The notes: a model not told the origin generated them from the sequence alone. A stretch of 64,000 bases of DNA from a bacterium (GCA_049472335.1 JBLIRO010000006.1:1-64000); one strand, 5' to 3'; counted from the stretch's first letter, positions 19,863-32,211 are shown. A program made the numbers and translations.

Positions 19863-21914
19863 ATGAAATGCCCTCTATGCAAGGATAGTGAATTAAAAAA
19901 GGTAATGACCAAACAGGGGGTCGTTATAGATTATTGTCCCATATGCAAGGGAATATGGCTTGACGAAGGAGAGATCTTCCTATTCGCCAAAGATTCAAAA
20001 CTGATACACCAGGAGATAGAGCAAGGGCTCAAGCTCAGGCACCTTTCACACTACACCTGCCCAAAGACCAATGGACCCATGTTCAATATACCCCTGTTGC
20101 ATAATACGGTGTTTGTCGACTATTGCCCCACAACTCACGGCATATGGCTGGATGAAGGTGAACTGGAAAAACTGGCACATTCTCCGAAGAGAGAGTTTTC
20201 GCTTATTATTGAAAAATCAAGCCTTGACCGTATACTGGAAGAGGAGAGGGCGGGAAAGCCCACAAATCACTTCGTGAGGGATACAGTCCTCTTCTCCCTG
20301 CCCGATCTGGTGCTGAGGTCGTCAACCGTCCTTATAGGCCTGTATGGGCTGCTTGTACTGGTCCTTATCACCCTGGTCCAGTTTGCCGGCTTGTCACCCA
20401 ACATCGCACTCATTATAGGTATTGTCATAGCCGCCATCCAGTTCCTGCTTGGTCCTTTTATAATGGATTTCTCACTCCGTTGGTTTTATAAGATGGACTG
20501 GGTGTCCCCTTCTGACCTGCCTTCCCATCTGAAGGATTTTATCCAAAACACCTGTATAAAGAATGGCATGAAGTTTCCCCATATGGGGATCATCCATGAC
20601 GGCGCTCCCAATGCCTTCACCTACGGACACCATCCGAATAATGCCCGGATTGTGATTACTCATGGTATACTTGACCTGCTCAACGAAAAGGAGTCAGAGG
20701 CGGTGATTGCCCATGAAATCGGGCATGCCAGGCACTGGGATATGCTGATCATGACTGCCGCCCAACTGGTCCCCCTTATCCTTTATTATGTTTACAACAC
20801 ACTGATCAGGATGAGGTCCGAAAAAGACGATGATTCAGGCGGATACAGAATAGCGATAGCAATAGGTGCATATATACTCTACATCATTTCTGAATATATG
20901 GTTCTATGGCTTTCACGCACAAGGGAATACTATGCGGACCGCTTTGCCGGCGAAAACACGGGAAATCCTAATTACCTGGCCAGCGCCCTTGTAAAGATCG
21001 GATACGGCCTGGCAGGTCAGAAGCCTCAAAAGGTGTCTGAGAAATCAAAACAGCGCAGCAAAAGCCTGGAGGCGGTTGGTTCTCTCGGCATCTTCGATGC
21101 TCATGCGGCGCGTTCCCTTGCTATTACAGGTTACAACAGAACAGGGAGTATGGGAGGGGAGGTCAACAAGGAAAATCTCAAAGGCGCCGTAAGATGGGAC
21201 CTCTGGAACCCCTGGGCCAAATACTATGAGCTTAACTCAACACATCCCCTGATTGCCAACCGTCTGAGGTATCTCAGCAACCAGGCAGCTTACTCAGGCC
21301 ATACCCCTTACCTTATGTTTGATGAGACAAAACCCGAGTCATACTGGGACGAGTTTTTTATTGATCTTCTTGTCAAGTTTGCTCCTCTAATCTCCCTGCT
21401 CATCTTTGGGGGAATCTATCTCGCTGACCGCAACAAGCTCTTTTTGGGATTGGGTCTTGCCATGGTGGGGCTCAGCTTCCTGTTGCAGACGCTTTTCAGC
21501 TACAAACAGGGCTTTTTCCCTAAAATGACCATCGCCGGTCTCTTAAAAAAGGTGAAGGTCTCTTCGGTTCGCCCTGTACCCTGTTCATTAAAAGGCAGAG
21601 TCATCGGCAGGGGGGTGCCCGGGCTTATCTGGTCAGAAGACTTCGTCCTGCAGGACGAGACCGGGATAATCTTTCTCGATTATAGACAGCCCTTGCGCAT
21701 ATGGGAATTCCTGTTTGCCATTTTCCGGAGAGAATCCTTACAGAATCAGGATGTGACCGTCACTGGATGGTACCGAAGAGCACCCATACCTTACATAGAA
21801 TTAAAGGCCCTTGATGCATCAGGAAGTAGCAGGACCTGCTATGTGTACCATCTGAAGCTTGCCACAGCTATTGTTCTGTCGGTAATAGGCATTTTTATTA
21901 TACTTGCAGCCTGA
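19863..21914 (+). CDS. M48/HtpX-family membrane zinc metalloprotease with two N-terminal zf-TFIIB-like ribbons
   Basis: CPLC..YCPICKGIWLDEGE repeated twice, PNAFTYG, HEIGH, SRTREYYAD, STHP. Confidence 0.85.
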   Translation: MKCPLCKDSELKKVMTKQGVVIDYCPICKGIWLDEGEIFLFAKDSKLIHQEIEQGLKLRHLSHYTCPKTNGPMFNIPLLHNTVFVDYCPTTHGIWLDEGELEKLAHSPKREFSLIIEKSSLDRILEEERAGKPTNHFVRDTVLFSLPDLVLRSSTVLIGLYGLLVLVLITLVQFAGLSPNIALIIGIVIAAIQFLLGPFIMDFSLRWFYKMDWVSPSDLPSHLKDFIQNTCIKNGMKFPHMGIIHDGAPNAFTYGHHPNNARIVITHGILDLLNEKESEAVIAHEIGHARHWDMLIMTAAQLVPLILYYVYNTLIRMRSEKDDDSGGYRIAIAIGAYILYIISEYMVLWLSRTREYYADRFAGENTGNPNYLASALVKIGYGLAGQKPQKVSEKSKQRSKSLEAVGSLGIFDAHAARSLAITGYNRTGSMGGEVNKENLKGAVRWDLWNPWAKYYELNSTHPLIANRLRYLSNQAAYSGHTPYLMFDETKPESYWDEFFIDLLVKFAPLISLLIFGGIYLADRNKLFLGLGLAMVGLSFLLQTLFSYKQGFFPKMTIAGLLKKVKVSSVRPVPCSLKGRVIGRGVPGLIWSEDFVLQDETGIIFLDYRQPLRIWEFLFAIFRRESLQNQDVTVTGWYRRAPIPYIELKALDASGSSRTCYVYHLKLATAIVLSVIGIFIILAA

Positions 21915-21915
21915 A

Positions 21916-22236
21916 TCATATTGATTCTTCTATAACATCCTTCTCGAATAATCTTGACCCGTGAAGGATACGTAGTATGTATACTGAATAATTCTTTATT
22001 CTGTATATAATCCTATAGTCTTTATAGATTAAGTGTCTGTATTTACTGCCTAAGATTTCATTTTCAGGGATTAAAGGATTTCTTAAAGGATAATTTTCTA
22101 ATGAATATATCCGTTCTTCAATTTCAGTTATAAAATTTGTAGCATTTTTGATACTGTCAACAGATATATAATTCCAAATTCCGTCGAGATCATCCTCTGC
22201 TGCCTTTGCAATAACAATATTATATTTTTTTCTCAC
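21916..22236 (-). CDS. RelE/ParE-family toxin
   Basis: AEDDLDGIWNYI..DS, YRIIYRI, VYILRILHGSR; overlaps the antitoxin gene. Confidence 0.85.
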   Translation of the reverse strand: MRKKYNIVIAKAAEDDLDGIWNYISVDSIKNATNFITEIEERIYSLENYPLRNPLIPENEILGSKYRHLIYKDYRIIYRIKNYSVYILRILHGSRLFEKDVIEESI

Positions 22237-22498
22237 GTTTAAATTCCTTGAAAAAATCCTTTACATTTTTTACCCTGCCTTCCTTTATATCTTTTTCAGC
22301 CGGACCTAATAATTTAATCATATTAAAAGCATTCATGATTTTTTCATACTGGATTGCATCGACTAAAACAGCTTCGGCTTTACCATTGACTGTTAAAATC
22401 ACTGGCCGCTGTGTATCATGTATTTGCTTTAATATCCTGTGAGCATTTTTTTTTAGATCCGTTATTGATAATATGTCTTCTATAATATTAATAGACAT
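22220..22498 (-). CDS. Phd/YefM-family antitoxin
   Basis: SITDLKKN, RPVILTVNGKAEAVLV. Confidence 0.85.
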   Translation of the reverse strand: MSINIIEDILSITDLKKNAHRILKQIHDTQRPVILTVNGKAEAVLVDAIQYEKIMNAFNMIKLLGPAEKDIKEGRVKNVKDFFKEFKREKKI

Positions 22499-22666
22499 TA
22501 TGCGCCCCTTTTATAAGACAGTTAAATATTACAACCGAAATTGCACTTTTTATATTATATATTATACAATATTAAATTAAGTATTCAATTAGGTTCCTAA
22601 ATTTATCCCAAACCTTGCATTTGCATAGCCTTTTACTCCAATTGACAATCCGGGCTTTTTTCCCAC

Positions 22667-22695
22667 TTGACAAAAGTCTTTTATATTCTTAAAAT
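22667..22695 (+). promoter_or_regulatory. sigma70-type promoter for rplM
   Basis: TTGACA-17 nt-TAAAAT. Confidence 0.6.
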
Positions 22696-22810
22696 GTTCA
22701 ATCAATCTTTGCTTTTATTATATTTTAAGAATTGCCGATTTTGATAAAATCGTGAAAAGGTCATTATTATTAATACTATGAGTTAAATAAAGATAAATAG
22801 GAATACTACT

Positions 22811-23242
22811 ATGAAAAAGACATTCAGCGCCAAAAAGGAAGAAATCCAGAGAGACTGGTATGTGGTTGACGCCTCTGATAAGGTTTTGGGACGTCTTTCC
22901 ACGCAAATTGCAAATATCTTGAGAGGCAAGAACAAGCCCATATTTACACCGCATGTGGACACCGGAGACTTCGTGGTTGTTATAAACGCGGATAAGGTCA
23001 GGCTCACCGGAAGAAAATGGGAGCAAAAGACCTATTATCGGCATTCAGGTTATCCGGGGGGACTGAAGTCAATCACCGCAGGTAAAATAAGGGATAATAA
23101 CCCTGTATTCCTTATCAAACATGCGGTTAGAGGAATGCTTCCCCATAACAAACTCGGTCGCAAGCAGATTAAGAAGCTCAAGATCTTTGTAGGACCGGAT
23201 CATAAACATGAGGCACAGTCTCCAAAGGTTTTGTCAATTTAA
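22811..23242 (+). CDS. rplM: 50S ribosomal protein L13
   Basis: [33 protein letters not shown]. Confidence 0.97.
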   Translation: MKKTFSAKKEEIQRDWYVVDASDKVLGRLSTQIANILRGKNKPIFTPHVDTGDFVVVINADKVRLTGRKWEQKTYYRHSGYPGGLKSITAGKIRDNNPVFLIKHAVRGMLPHNKLGRKQIKKLKIFVGPDHKHEAQSPKVLSI

Positions 23243-23304
23243 ACTTCTTCCTGACGGATCAATAATATCGATACAGTCAAGGATCAGGAAAAAAGAGGAG
23301 CAGG

Positions 23305-23910
23305 ATGACAAATCAAAAACCCCGGTATAGAAGAAAAACCTATTTCATACAGAAGGTGTTTCAGGCTAAATTCATTCTTGCTTTTCTTCTTCTGGTGATT
23401 ATAGGTAGTATCATATCGGGAATTATTTTATACACAAAGGCCAATACATATCTAGGTTATGAATATGGAAGGGCCCACATAAAACTTGAAAAAACCGGAG
23501 AAATCCTTCAACCTGCCCTTTTTATTTCCTATGGAATCGGGGTTGTTTTGATCGGCTTTGCAACCATTATCCTGACTATTTTTATATCCCATAAAATAGC
23601 CGGGCCTCTATATAGATTTGAACGCAGCGCGGAGGAGATTGGAAAGGGTAATCTAACCTTGATAACACAGCTCAGGGAATCAGACCAGGCAAAGGACCTT
23701 GCCAATGCATTTAGCCGAATGACGAGTGATCTAAGAAAAAAGCTGCTCGAGATTGATTCCAGCTCTAAAGAGATCGATCAGATCGCAGAGGACCTGAACT
23801 CCGTGATTCAAGATAAAAGCCCAAATATAAATGAAATCAAAGACAAATTGAACAATCTAAAGCAAATGTCGAATTCTTTGGTTAAAACTTTGAAATTTTT
23901 CAAGCTTTAG
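23305..23910 (+). CDS. Two-TM HAMP/coiled-coil membrane protein (short MCP-like)
   Basis: RRKTYFI...FQ.KF, two TM segments, SHKIAGPLYRF, LRESDQ HAMP; no signalling hairpin. Confidence 0.7.
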   Translation: MTNQKPRYRRKTYFIQKVFQAKFILAFLLLVIIGSIISGIILYTKANTYLGYEYGRAHIKLEKTGEILQPALFISYGIGVVLIGFATIILTIFISHKIAGPLYRFERSAEEIGKGNLTLITQLRESDQAKDLANAFSRMTSDLRKKLLEIDSSSKEIDQIAEDLNSVIQDKSPNINEIKDKLNNLKQMSNSLVKTLKFFKL

Positions 23911-23926
23911 GAATTATGAGCCGAGA

Positions 23927-24418
23927 ATGGGTCTTAAATCCTGCTCAATTAAAGGACTAAGCTTTATAGTGGTAACAGTGTTATTGATCGCTATCATTAC
24001 AATCGCTCAAAATACCACTAAAGATGGACATGATTTTATGAGTGATCCTAATAAATGCGAGGATTGTCACTTGGGAGAACCTGTATTTGAAGAGACGGAC
24101 TATCGGGATCTCAGTTTCATCGACGATATTGTTACATTATGCCATAGGTGTCATACGGAAGAATCCCTCGGAAGATCGCATCCGGTCAATATTACACCAC
24201 CGGATGACATGAGGATACCGGAGGATCTTCATCTGGATGAATATATGAATATGACTTGTGCAACATGCCATCAGCCCCATGGTGATGCTTATACAAGATT
24301 GAAACCAGCAGACTATGTATCACCTGCAAAAACATCCAGAGATCTGTTATATCGCTCTTATTATCTAAGACGAACTAATATACAGAATGCCTTGTGTCAT
24401 TCTTGTCATAATAAATAA
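23927..24418 (+). CDS. Tetraheme cytochrome c
   Basis: Signal/anchor plus four CxxCH: CEDCH, CHRCH, CATCH, CHSCH. Confidence 0.85.
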   Translation: MGLKSCSIKGLSFIVVTVLLIAIITIAQNTTKDGHDFMSDPNKCEDCHLGEPVFEETDYRDLSFIDDIVTLCHRCHTEESLGRSHPVNITPPDDMRIPEDLHLDEYMNMTCATCHQPHGDAYTRLKPADYVSPAKTSRDLLYRSYYLRRTNIQNALCHSCHNK

Positions 24419-24475
24419 TGTATAATATTTTTTAACAAATACTGACCAATCAGAACAATAGATAAGGAGTATGGA

Positions 24476-24871
24476 ATGGTTCTAGAAACTGCTTTGTATG
24501 GGACAGGAAAGCGAAAATCCTCAGTGGCCCGTGTATGGATGAAGCCCGGATCAGGAAAGATCCTGGTAAACGGGCGAAGTCCTGAAGAATATTTCAAGAT
24601 TAACAGATTGATTCACATGGTACACGAACCTCTGGAGCTAACAGGGACAATCTCTAATTTTGCTATAAACATAAATGTGAAGGGCGGAGGGGTGTCCGCT
24701 CAGGCAGGGGCTGTTCGTCACGGGATTGCCAGGGCTCTTTTGAATATGGATAAAAATCTTCGACTAAAACTTAAAAAAGCCGGCTTCTTGACCAGAGATC
24801 CAAGGGCTAAGGAAAGGAAAAAATATGGTCAAAGAGGCGCGCGTGCCAGATATCAGTTCTCAAAGAGATAA
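24476..24871 (+). CDS. rpsI: 30S ribosomal protein S9
   Basis: GTGKRKSSVARV, GGGVSAQAGAVRHG, ERKKYG..ARARYQFSKR. Confidence 0.97.
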   Translation: MVLETALYGTGKRKSSVARVWMKPGSGKILVNGRSPEEYFKINRLIHMVHEPLELTGTISNFAININVKGGGVSAQAGAVRHGIARALLNMDKNLRLKLKKAGFLTRDPRAKERKKYGQRGARARYQFSKR

Positions 24872-24888
24872 TATCTAGGGCCCTTTCT

Positions 24889-26100
24889 GTGAAAATAATT
24901 GAAAAAGGTCCCCTTACTCTGGTGAGAGGCATAAATGCATCAGGTATCCATTGCGGGATAAAGTTAGGGGGAAAAAGGGATCTTGCCCTTATATACTCAG
25001 ACACTCAGGCGACCGCCGCAGGGGTTTTTACTTCAAACATTGCTGTTGCCGCTCCTGTTATAGTATCCAGGGAAAATCTTCGAGGCAGTTATGCCCAGGC
25101 CATTGTTATTAATAGCGGAATCGCGAACGCTGCCACCGGAGAAAAGGGCATGAAAGACGCACTTCAAATGGCAAAGCTTACTGCTTCTGCCCTCAAAATA
25201 TCATTGAATTCCGTTATAGTCGCATCCACAGGCCGTATAGGGCGATTTTTGCCCATGGAAAAAATCGCTCCCGGCATCGATAAGGCCGTCTCTTCTTTAT
25301 CAAAAGATGGCGGGGAAGAAGCTGCCGAAGCAATCCTGACCACGGATACCTTTTCCAAGCAAATTGCCGTCCAGATTGAAATGGCCGGTTCACTTATAAC
25401 CGTTGCAGGGATGGCCAAAGGGGCGGGTATGATCAGACCCGATATGGCCACCATGCTTGCCTTTTTGGCTACAGATGCTAATGTGAACAAAGACTTTTTA
25501 GGTAAGGTCCTGAAAGATGCAGTTAAAAAAACATTTAACAGGATCAGCGTGGATGGCGATACAAGCACAAATGATATGGTAATCATACTGGCTAATGGCA
25601 ACTCAGGGAGCGAGACGATCTCTTCCGCAGGGAGCGAAGATGCGGATAAATTTACCGAGGCTGTCGAATATATATGTCAGAGATTGTCACTTATGATTGT
25701 AAGCGACGGAGAGGGTGCTACGAAGCTGATTCGTATTGACGTTGTGGGCGCTCGATCAGAAACGGATGCAAGTAAGATTGCCTTCAGGATAGCTGAATCC
25801 CCGCTTGTTAAAACCTCTTTCTATGGTAAAAGATGTAACTGGGGGAGGTTAATAGCTGCTGCGGGAGCCGCAGATGTCCCAATCGATCCCCAAAAAATCG
25901 ATATATTTTACGGATCAATTCAGGTAGTCGGCAATGGAATCGGACTAGGCTCAGAAAGGGAAAAAGAGGCAGAAACCTTTCTCCTGGCAAGGGACATAAA
26001 TATACGCCTGGATCTACATCTCGGGGAAGCGGCCGGAACGGTCTGGACAACAGACCTTTCCCCGGATTACATTCACATCAATGCTGATTATATTTCTTAG
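24889..26100 (+). CDS. argJ: Bifunctional ornithine acetyltransferase/N-acetylglutamate synthase
   Basis: NSGIANAATG, KGAGMI.PDMATML, DGDTSTND, DGEGATK, NWGR. Confidence 0.93.
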   Translation: MKIIEKGPLTLVRGINASGIHCGIKLGGKRDLALIYSDTQATAAGVFTSNIAVAAPVIVSRENLRGSYAQAIVINSGIANAATGEKGMKDALQMAKLTASALKISLNSVIVASTGRIGRFLPMEKIAPGIDKAVSSLSKDGGEEAAEAILTTDTFSKQIAVQIEMAGSLITVAGMAKGAGMIRPDMATMLAFLATDANVNKDFLGKVLKDAVKKTFNRISVDGDTSTNDMVIILANGNSGSETISSAGSEDADKFTEAVEYICQRLSLMIVSDGEGATKLIRIDVVGARSETDASKIAFRIAESPLVKTSFYGKRCNWGRLIAAAGAADVPIDPQKIDIFYGSIQVVGNGIGLGSEREKEAETFLLARDINIRLDLHLGEAAGTVWTTDLSPDYIHINADYIS

Positions 26101-26112
26101 ACAATTCCAATC

Positions 26113-26261
26113 TTGCATGTGCTGACTTTTTGTGCTAAAATTTTCAACGCTTTTAATCCATAACTCACATCCAAAGAGTATGACCTGGGTGTTGGCAATG
26201 CCAATTGGTTTATTACATTCTTGGGTGGTGGAAAATTAACCCATTTTTCGGAGGAATTTTT
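26113..26261 (+). promoter_or_regulatory. rpsB promoter and probable S2 autoregulatory leader
   Basis: TTGCAT-17-TAAAAT with extended -10 TG; leader ACTCACA...GGGTG...GTGGA..TAACCC resembles known rpsB leaders. Confidence 0.5.
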
Positions 26262-27107
26262 ATGTATAATGTTTCTATGAAGCAGTTGTTGGAAGCGGGG
26301 GTCCATTTTGGACATCAGGCCAAAAGATGGAACCCGAAAATGAAAAAGTATCTTTTCATAGAGAGAAACGGTATTTTTATCATTGACTTACAAAAGACCT
26401 TGCGCAAGTTCAAGGAAGCATACAATTTTGTTAAAGATTCTTGTTCACAGGGAGGCAAAGTAATTTTCGTTGGGACCAAAAAACAGGCCCAGGAAGTAAT
26501 ACAGGAAGAAGCCATTAGATGTAATATGTCTTATGTCAATCAAAGATGGTTGGGCGGGATGCTTACAAACTTTGATACTATTCAGAAAAGCCTGGTCCGG
26601 CTTAAAAAAATAGAAGAATTAAAAAATAACGGAAATTATGCGGGACTGACTAAAAAGGAAGCCTCCAAGCTGGAGAAAAAAAGGCAAAAAATGGAAAAGG
26701 TATTAAAGGGCATTAAGGATATGGATAGACTTCCGGATGCAGTGTTTATTATTGACACCAAACGAGAAAGAATAGCTGTAAATGAGGCGAACAAACTGGA
26801 AATACCTGTTATCGCCATAGTGGATACAAATGCTGATCCGGACGGAATAGATTTTCCCATTCCCGGCAATGATGACGCAATCAGATCCCTTAAACTGATT
26901 ACATCTCATATAGCAGATGCCATTATAGAAGGTTATGAAGAATGGCTGGCCAGACTTTCAGAAGTTGAGGAAGAAAAGAAAGAGGAAAAGCTAAAAGAAG
27001 AAAAGGTCTCTTCCTCAAAGGCGAAAAACAAAAAAAGGGTAAAAGCCAAAAACTCAGACTATGGTGATAAAAAGGTAGAAGCAGAGGGAAATAATAACGA
27101 AATTTGA
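26262..27107 (+). CDS. rpsB: 30S ribosomal protein S2
   Basis: [35 protein letters not shown] precedes ATG 26262. Confidence 0.97.
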   Translation: MYNVSMKQLLEAGVHFGHQAKRWNPKMKKYLFIERNGIFIIDLQKTLRKFKEAYNFVKDSCSQGGKVIFVGTKKQAQEVIQEEAIRCNMSYVNQRWLGGMLTNFDTIQKSLVRLKKIEELKNNGNYAGLTKKEASKLEKKRQKMEKVLKGIKDMDRLPDAVFIIDTKRERIAVNEANKLEIPVIAIVDTNADPDGIDFPIPGNDDAIRSLKLITSHIADAIIEGYEEWLARLSEVEEEKKEEKLKEEKVSSSKAKNKKRVKAKNSDYGDKKVEAEGNNNEI

Positions 27108-27145
27108 TATTTTTTAGCATCTTAGAATAATAACTTAGAAAGGGA

Positions 27146-27757
27146 ATGAAAGTTATGGAGATATCAGCACAAGCGGTAAAGGATCTCCGGTCAAAGACAG
27201 GCGCAGGTTTTATGGAATGTAAACAGGCACTTAAGGAGACCGGGGGAGATTTCGAAAAAGCCATCGAATATCTGCGGAAAAAAGGTATTGCAACTGCTGC
27301 CAAAAAGGCGGGTCGGGAGACCTCACAAGGGCTGATTCATTCCTACATACATGGAAACGGCCGTATCGGAGTACTTATTGAGATAAATTGTGAAACGGAT
27401 TTTGTGGCTAGAACCGATAAATTCAAAGAACTTGCCAAGGATATGGCAATGCAGATAGCGGCCTTTAATCCCGTATACGTCAGCAGGGAAGATATCCCAC
27501 AGGATATCATCGAAAAGGAAAAGGAAATTTACAGGTCCCAGGTTGAAGATGGCAAAAAGCCCGCGAATATTGTAGATAAAATTGTTACAGGAAAGCTGGA
27601 GAAGAATTTTTTTGAAAAGGTCTGTTTGCTCGAGCAACCCTTTATCCGTGATGACAAAAAATCGATCAAGGATATTATCACCGAAAACATAGCATCGCTT
27701 GGTGAGAATGTGAATATCAAGAGATTTGTACGTTTTGAATTGGGCGAAGATTTATGA
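27146..27757 (+). CDS. tsf: Elongation factor Ts (short form)
   Basis: [35 protein letters not shown]. Confidence 0.96.
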   Translation: MKVMEISAQAVKDLRSKTGAGFMECKQALKETGGDFEKAIEYLRKKGIATAAKKAGRETSQGLIHSYIHGNGRIGVLIEINCETDFVARTDKFKELAKDMAMQIAAFNPVYVSREDIPQDIIEKEKEIYRSQVEDGKKPANIVDKIVTGKLEKNFFEKVCLLEQPFIRDDKKSIKDIITENIASLGENVNIKRFVRFELGEDL

Positions 27758-28485
27758 GCTATGACAAGCCGATTTATAAAAGGGTACTTTTAAAACTCAG
27801 CGGTGAAGCCCTGCAAGGAGAAAGAGGGTACGGCATAGAGTCCAAGACCGTTCTTTCCATTGCACAGGAAATCAAAGAAGTAAGAGACCTGGGTGTTGAA
27901 ATAGCACTGGTTATCGGGGGTGGCAATATATACCGCGGCTCCTCCGGAGATGTTTGTTGTGTGGAAAAGACATCAGCGGATTACATGGGTATGCTTGCCA
28001 CTGTCATAAATGCCCTTGCTTTCCAGGGAGCATTGGAAAAATTAGGGGCCTTTACCAGGGTGCTGAGCGCTATAGAGATGCCCAGGGTTGCGGAACAATA
28101 CATCAGGCGCAGAGCGATTCGTCATATGGAAAAAGGAAGGATTGTTATTTTCGCAGGTGGGACCGGCAACCCATATTTCACTACTGATACTGCCGCATCC
28201 CTTCGCGCCATAGAGATCTCTGCTGAAGTAATCTTAAAAGCCACTAAAGTGGACGGAATATACAGCACTGATCCGTTAAAGGATAAAAATGCCCAAAAAT
28301 TCGATAAGCTTACTTATATGGATGTCATCAAAAAGCGTCTTCAGGTTATGGATAACACAGCTATATCTTTATGTATGGAAAATTTCCTTCCTATTATTGT
28401 TTTTAACTTTAAGAAAAAAGGAAATATTAAACGAATTGTTTGTGGTGAACCCATTGGCTCTTACATAAAGGATGAGGAATCATGA
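27754..28485 (+). CDS. pyrH: UMP kinase
   Basis: [32 protein letters not shown]. Confidence 0.96.
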   Translation: MSYDKPIYKRVLLKLSGEALQGERGYGIESKTVLSIAQEIKEVRDLGVEIALVIGGGNIYRGSSGDVCCVEKTSADYMGMLATVINALAFQGALEKLGAFTRVLSAIEMPRVAEQYIRRRAIRHMEKGRIVIFAGGTGNPYFTTDTAASLRAIEISAEVILKATKVDGIYSTDPLKDKNAQKFDKLTYMDVIKKRLQVMDNTAISLCMENFLPIIVFNFKKKGNIKRIVCGEPIGSYIKDEES

Positions 28486-29039
28486 TCAAAACATTAAACA
28501 AAGAAACAAAAGAGAAAATGGATTTAGCTATCGATGCCCTCAGTCATGAGTTCGGGTCTATCAGGACTGGCAGGGCATCCCCTTCCATCCTGGATGGCAT
28601 CAAGGTTGAGTATTATAGTTCCCTCACGCATCTTAACCAGATGGCGACTATTTCTGTCCCGGAACCCAGATTGATTGTAATTCAGCCCTGGGATCCATCA
28701 GCGCTTGCCAATATTGAAAAGGCTATACTAAAATCCGATCTTGGTCTCAATCCCTCAAATGACGGCAAGGTAATTCGTCTGGCAATTCCTATGCTGACAG
28801 AAGAGCGAAGAAAACAATTAGTAAAAGTCATCAAAAATATTGCAGAGGAGTGCCGGATTTCCATTAGAAATACGCGCAGGGACAGCAATGAAAAACTCAA
28901 AAAAATGGAAAAAGAAAAGGATATAACTGAGGATGAATACCATAATGGTCTCAAGGAAATCCAGAATTTAACAGATGAATATATTAACAAGGTAGATGAA
29001 TTGCTTTCAAAAAAGGAAAAAGAAATCCTGGAGGTATGA
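28482..29039 (+). CDS. frr: Ribosome recycling factor
   Basis: [26 protein letters not shown]. Confidence 0.96.
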   Translation: MIKTLNKETKEKMDLAIDALSHEFGSIRTGRASPSILDGIKVEYYSSLTHLNQMATISVPEPRLIVIQPWDPSALANIEKAILKSDLGLNPSNDGKVIRLAIPMLTEERRKQLVKVIKNIAEECRISIRNTRRDSNEKLKKMEKEKDITEDEYHNGLKEIQNLTDEYINKVDELLSKKEKEILEV

Positions 29040-29055
29040 TTTGACAGGGAGATAA

Positions 29056-30162
<1,107 letters not shown>

Positions 30163-30212
30163 TTCATTATGAATATAATCTCATTGAATAATCCAATAGG
30201 GGGAAATAAAAA

Positions 30213-30581
30213 ATGATTTTATTAAATGTTGCCTTTGCTATGTCTTCGGGTGGAGCTCAGTCCGGCCAACAACCCGGTGGAAGTTTTATGCCCGGTTTGC
30301 TAACACTAGGACTTATTTTTCTTGTTTTCTATTTTCTTTTGATACGACCGCAACAAAAACAACAGAAACAATTGCAGCAAATGCGTAACACCCTTCGCGC
30401 CGGAGACAGGATAATGACCTCGGGGGGAATATTTGGGACAATCGAGTCCATATCCCAGGACAGTGTAATGATCAAAGTCGCCGACAAGGTTAAAATAGAG
30501 GTGACAAAGAGTGCAATCGCCGGCCTCAGAGAGAGAAACGAAAGAGGCAAAAAAGCTCAAAAACAGGAAAAGAAAGCATAA
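30213..30581 (+). CDS. yajC: Preprotein translocase subunit YajC
   Basis: FYFLLIRPQQK, GDRIMTSGGIFG. Confidence 0.92.
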   Translation: MILLNVAFAMSSGGAQSGQQPGGSFMPGLLTLGLIFLVFYFLLIRPQQKQQKQLQQMRNTLRAGDRIMTSGGIFGTIESISQDSVMIKVADKVKIEVTKSAIAGLRERNERGKKAQKQEKKA

Positions 30582-30621
30582 AAAATGTTTTAATAAATTT
30601 TAGATATAGAAAGGGGTCACA

Positions 30622-32211
30622 GTGAAAGATAATCTTAAATGGAGATTTTGGCTTATTGTTGTTATAAGTATTATAGCCTTCATCTACATAATCCCATCCA
30701 TGACCAGCAAACTTCCTTCATTATGGTCAAAAAAGATTGACAAGATCCATTTAGGACTTGATTTGCAGGGCGGAATGCATCTTATTTTAGGGGTAAAGGT
30801 AGAGAAGGCCGTTGAAAATTATTTGGAAAGAACAGTCAGCTCAATAAAGGATTCCATGAGGGAAAAGGGGATTGTTTTTGATCAGATAGAGCGAATCGAT
30901 GACAGAAAAATAGATATTAAGCTCATCAATGATGAATTCATTACCCCGACTGAAAGGATCATGGAAGATTTCCTGAATTTTGAGATCGCGAATCCTGTGG
31001 ACGGTGATAACACCAAGTTTCAACTATCCTTGAGGCCTCAGGAGGTTGAAAGGATAAAGACCTCGGCCCTCAATCAGGCCCTGGAAACTATCCGTAACAG
31101 GATAGACCAGTTTGGTGTAAGCGAGCCTAGCATCCAGAAACAGGGTACAGACAGAATCGTTGTGGAACTCCCGGGCATAAAGGATACAAAAAGGGCCATT
31201 GCCCTTATCGGCAAAACCGCCCAACTGGAGTTCAAGCTTGTGGATGATGAGGCAAATATTGATGAGGCATTAAGGGGAAATATTCCACCAGGAGATGAGA
31301 TCCTTTATGAAAAAGTCGTGGATCCGGACACCGGAAGGTTTACCAAAAAGCCTTATCTTTTAAAACAAAGGACGCTAATGACAGGAGACGTGCTCACAAA
31401 TGCAGAGGTGAGAATAGGTGGTGAGTACGGAGAATCCTATGTAGCGATGGAATTCGACAAAACAGGGGCAAAACTCTTTGAACAGATTACTGCTGATAAT
31501 GTAGGGCGTAGGCTTGCCATCATCCTTGACAAAAATGTGTATTCTGCGCCTGTCATCAGGGAAAAAATAGCCGGGGGACAAGCACAGATAACAGGAAGAT
31601 TCACTACTGAAGAGGCCCACGATCTTGCAATAGTTCTTAGGGCCGGTTCTTTGCCGGCACCTGTGGAGATCCTTCACCAGCGGTCGGTTGGGCCTTCACT
31701 TGGACATGATTCGATCAGAAAGGGATTAATCTCCCTTTTGTTAGGTTTTTTTCTGGTTGTCGCATTTATGGTTGTTTATTATAAACTCTCGGGTTTTGTG
31801 GCTGACCTGGCACTTATACTGAACATCATCCTGATCATGGCTGTTTTATCATTATTCAAGGCCACCTTAACCCTCCCCGGGATAGCAGGTATAGTTCTTA
31901 CAGTAGGTATGGCCGTAGATGCCAATGTCCTCATTTTTGAAAGGATCAGGGAAGAGCTTCTTCTTGGCAAAACAGTGAGAGCCGCAATCAGTGCAGGCTA
32001 TTCCAAAGCGTTCATAACCATCTTGGATGCAAATGTTACAACCCTTATTGCGGCAGTAGTCCTATTTCAATTCGGCACCGGACCTGTAAAAGGTTTTGCT
32101 GTCACACTGAGTATCGGTATTACTGCGAGCATGTTCACTGCCATCGTTGTGACGAGATTTGTGTTCGACTGGTTTATGTCCAGAGTGAGAATACAAACCT
32201 TAAGCATATAA
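30622..32211 (+). CDS. secD: Protein translocase subunit SecD
   Basis: LGLDLQGG, RIDQFGVSEP, GMAVDANVLIFERIREE. Confidence 0.96.
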   Translation: MKDNLKWRFWLIVVISIIAFIYIIPSMTSKLPSLWSKKIDKIHLGLDLQGGMHLILGVKVEKAVENYLERTVSSIKDSMREKGIVFDQIERIDDRKIDIKLINDEFITPTERIMEDFLNFEIANPVDGDNTKFQLSLRPQEVERIKTSALNQALETIRNRIDQFGVSEPSIQKQGTDRIVVELPGIKDTKRAIALIGKTAQLEFKLVDDEANIDEALRGNIPPGDEILYEKVVDPDTGRFTKKPYLLKQRTLMTGDVLTNAEVRIGGEYGESYVAMEFDKTGAKLFEQITADNVGRRLAIILDKNVYSAPVIREKIAGGQAQITGRFTTEEAHDLAIVLRAGSLPAPVEILHQRSVGPSLGHDSIRKGLISLLLGFFLVVAFMVVYYKLSGFVADLALILNIILIMAVLSLFKATLTLPGIAGIVLTVGMAVDANVLIFERIREELLLGKTVRAAISAGYSKAFITILDANVTTLIAAVVLFQFGTGPVKGFAVTLSIGITASMFTAIVVTRFVFDWFMSRVRIQTLSI

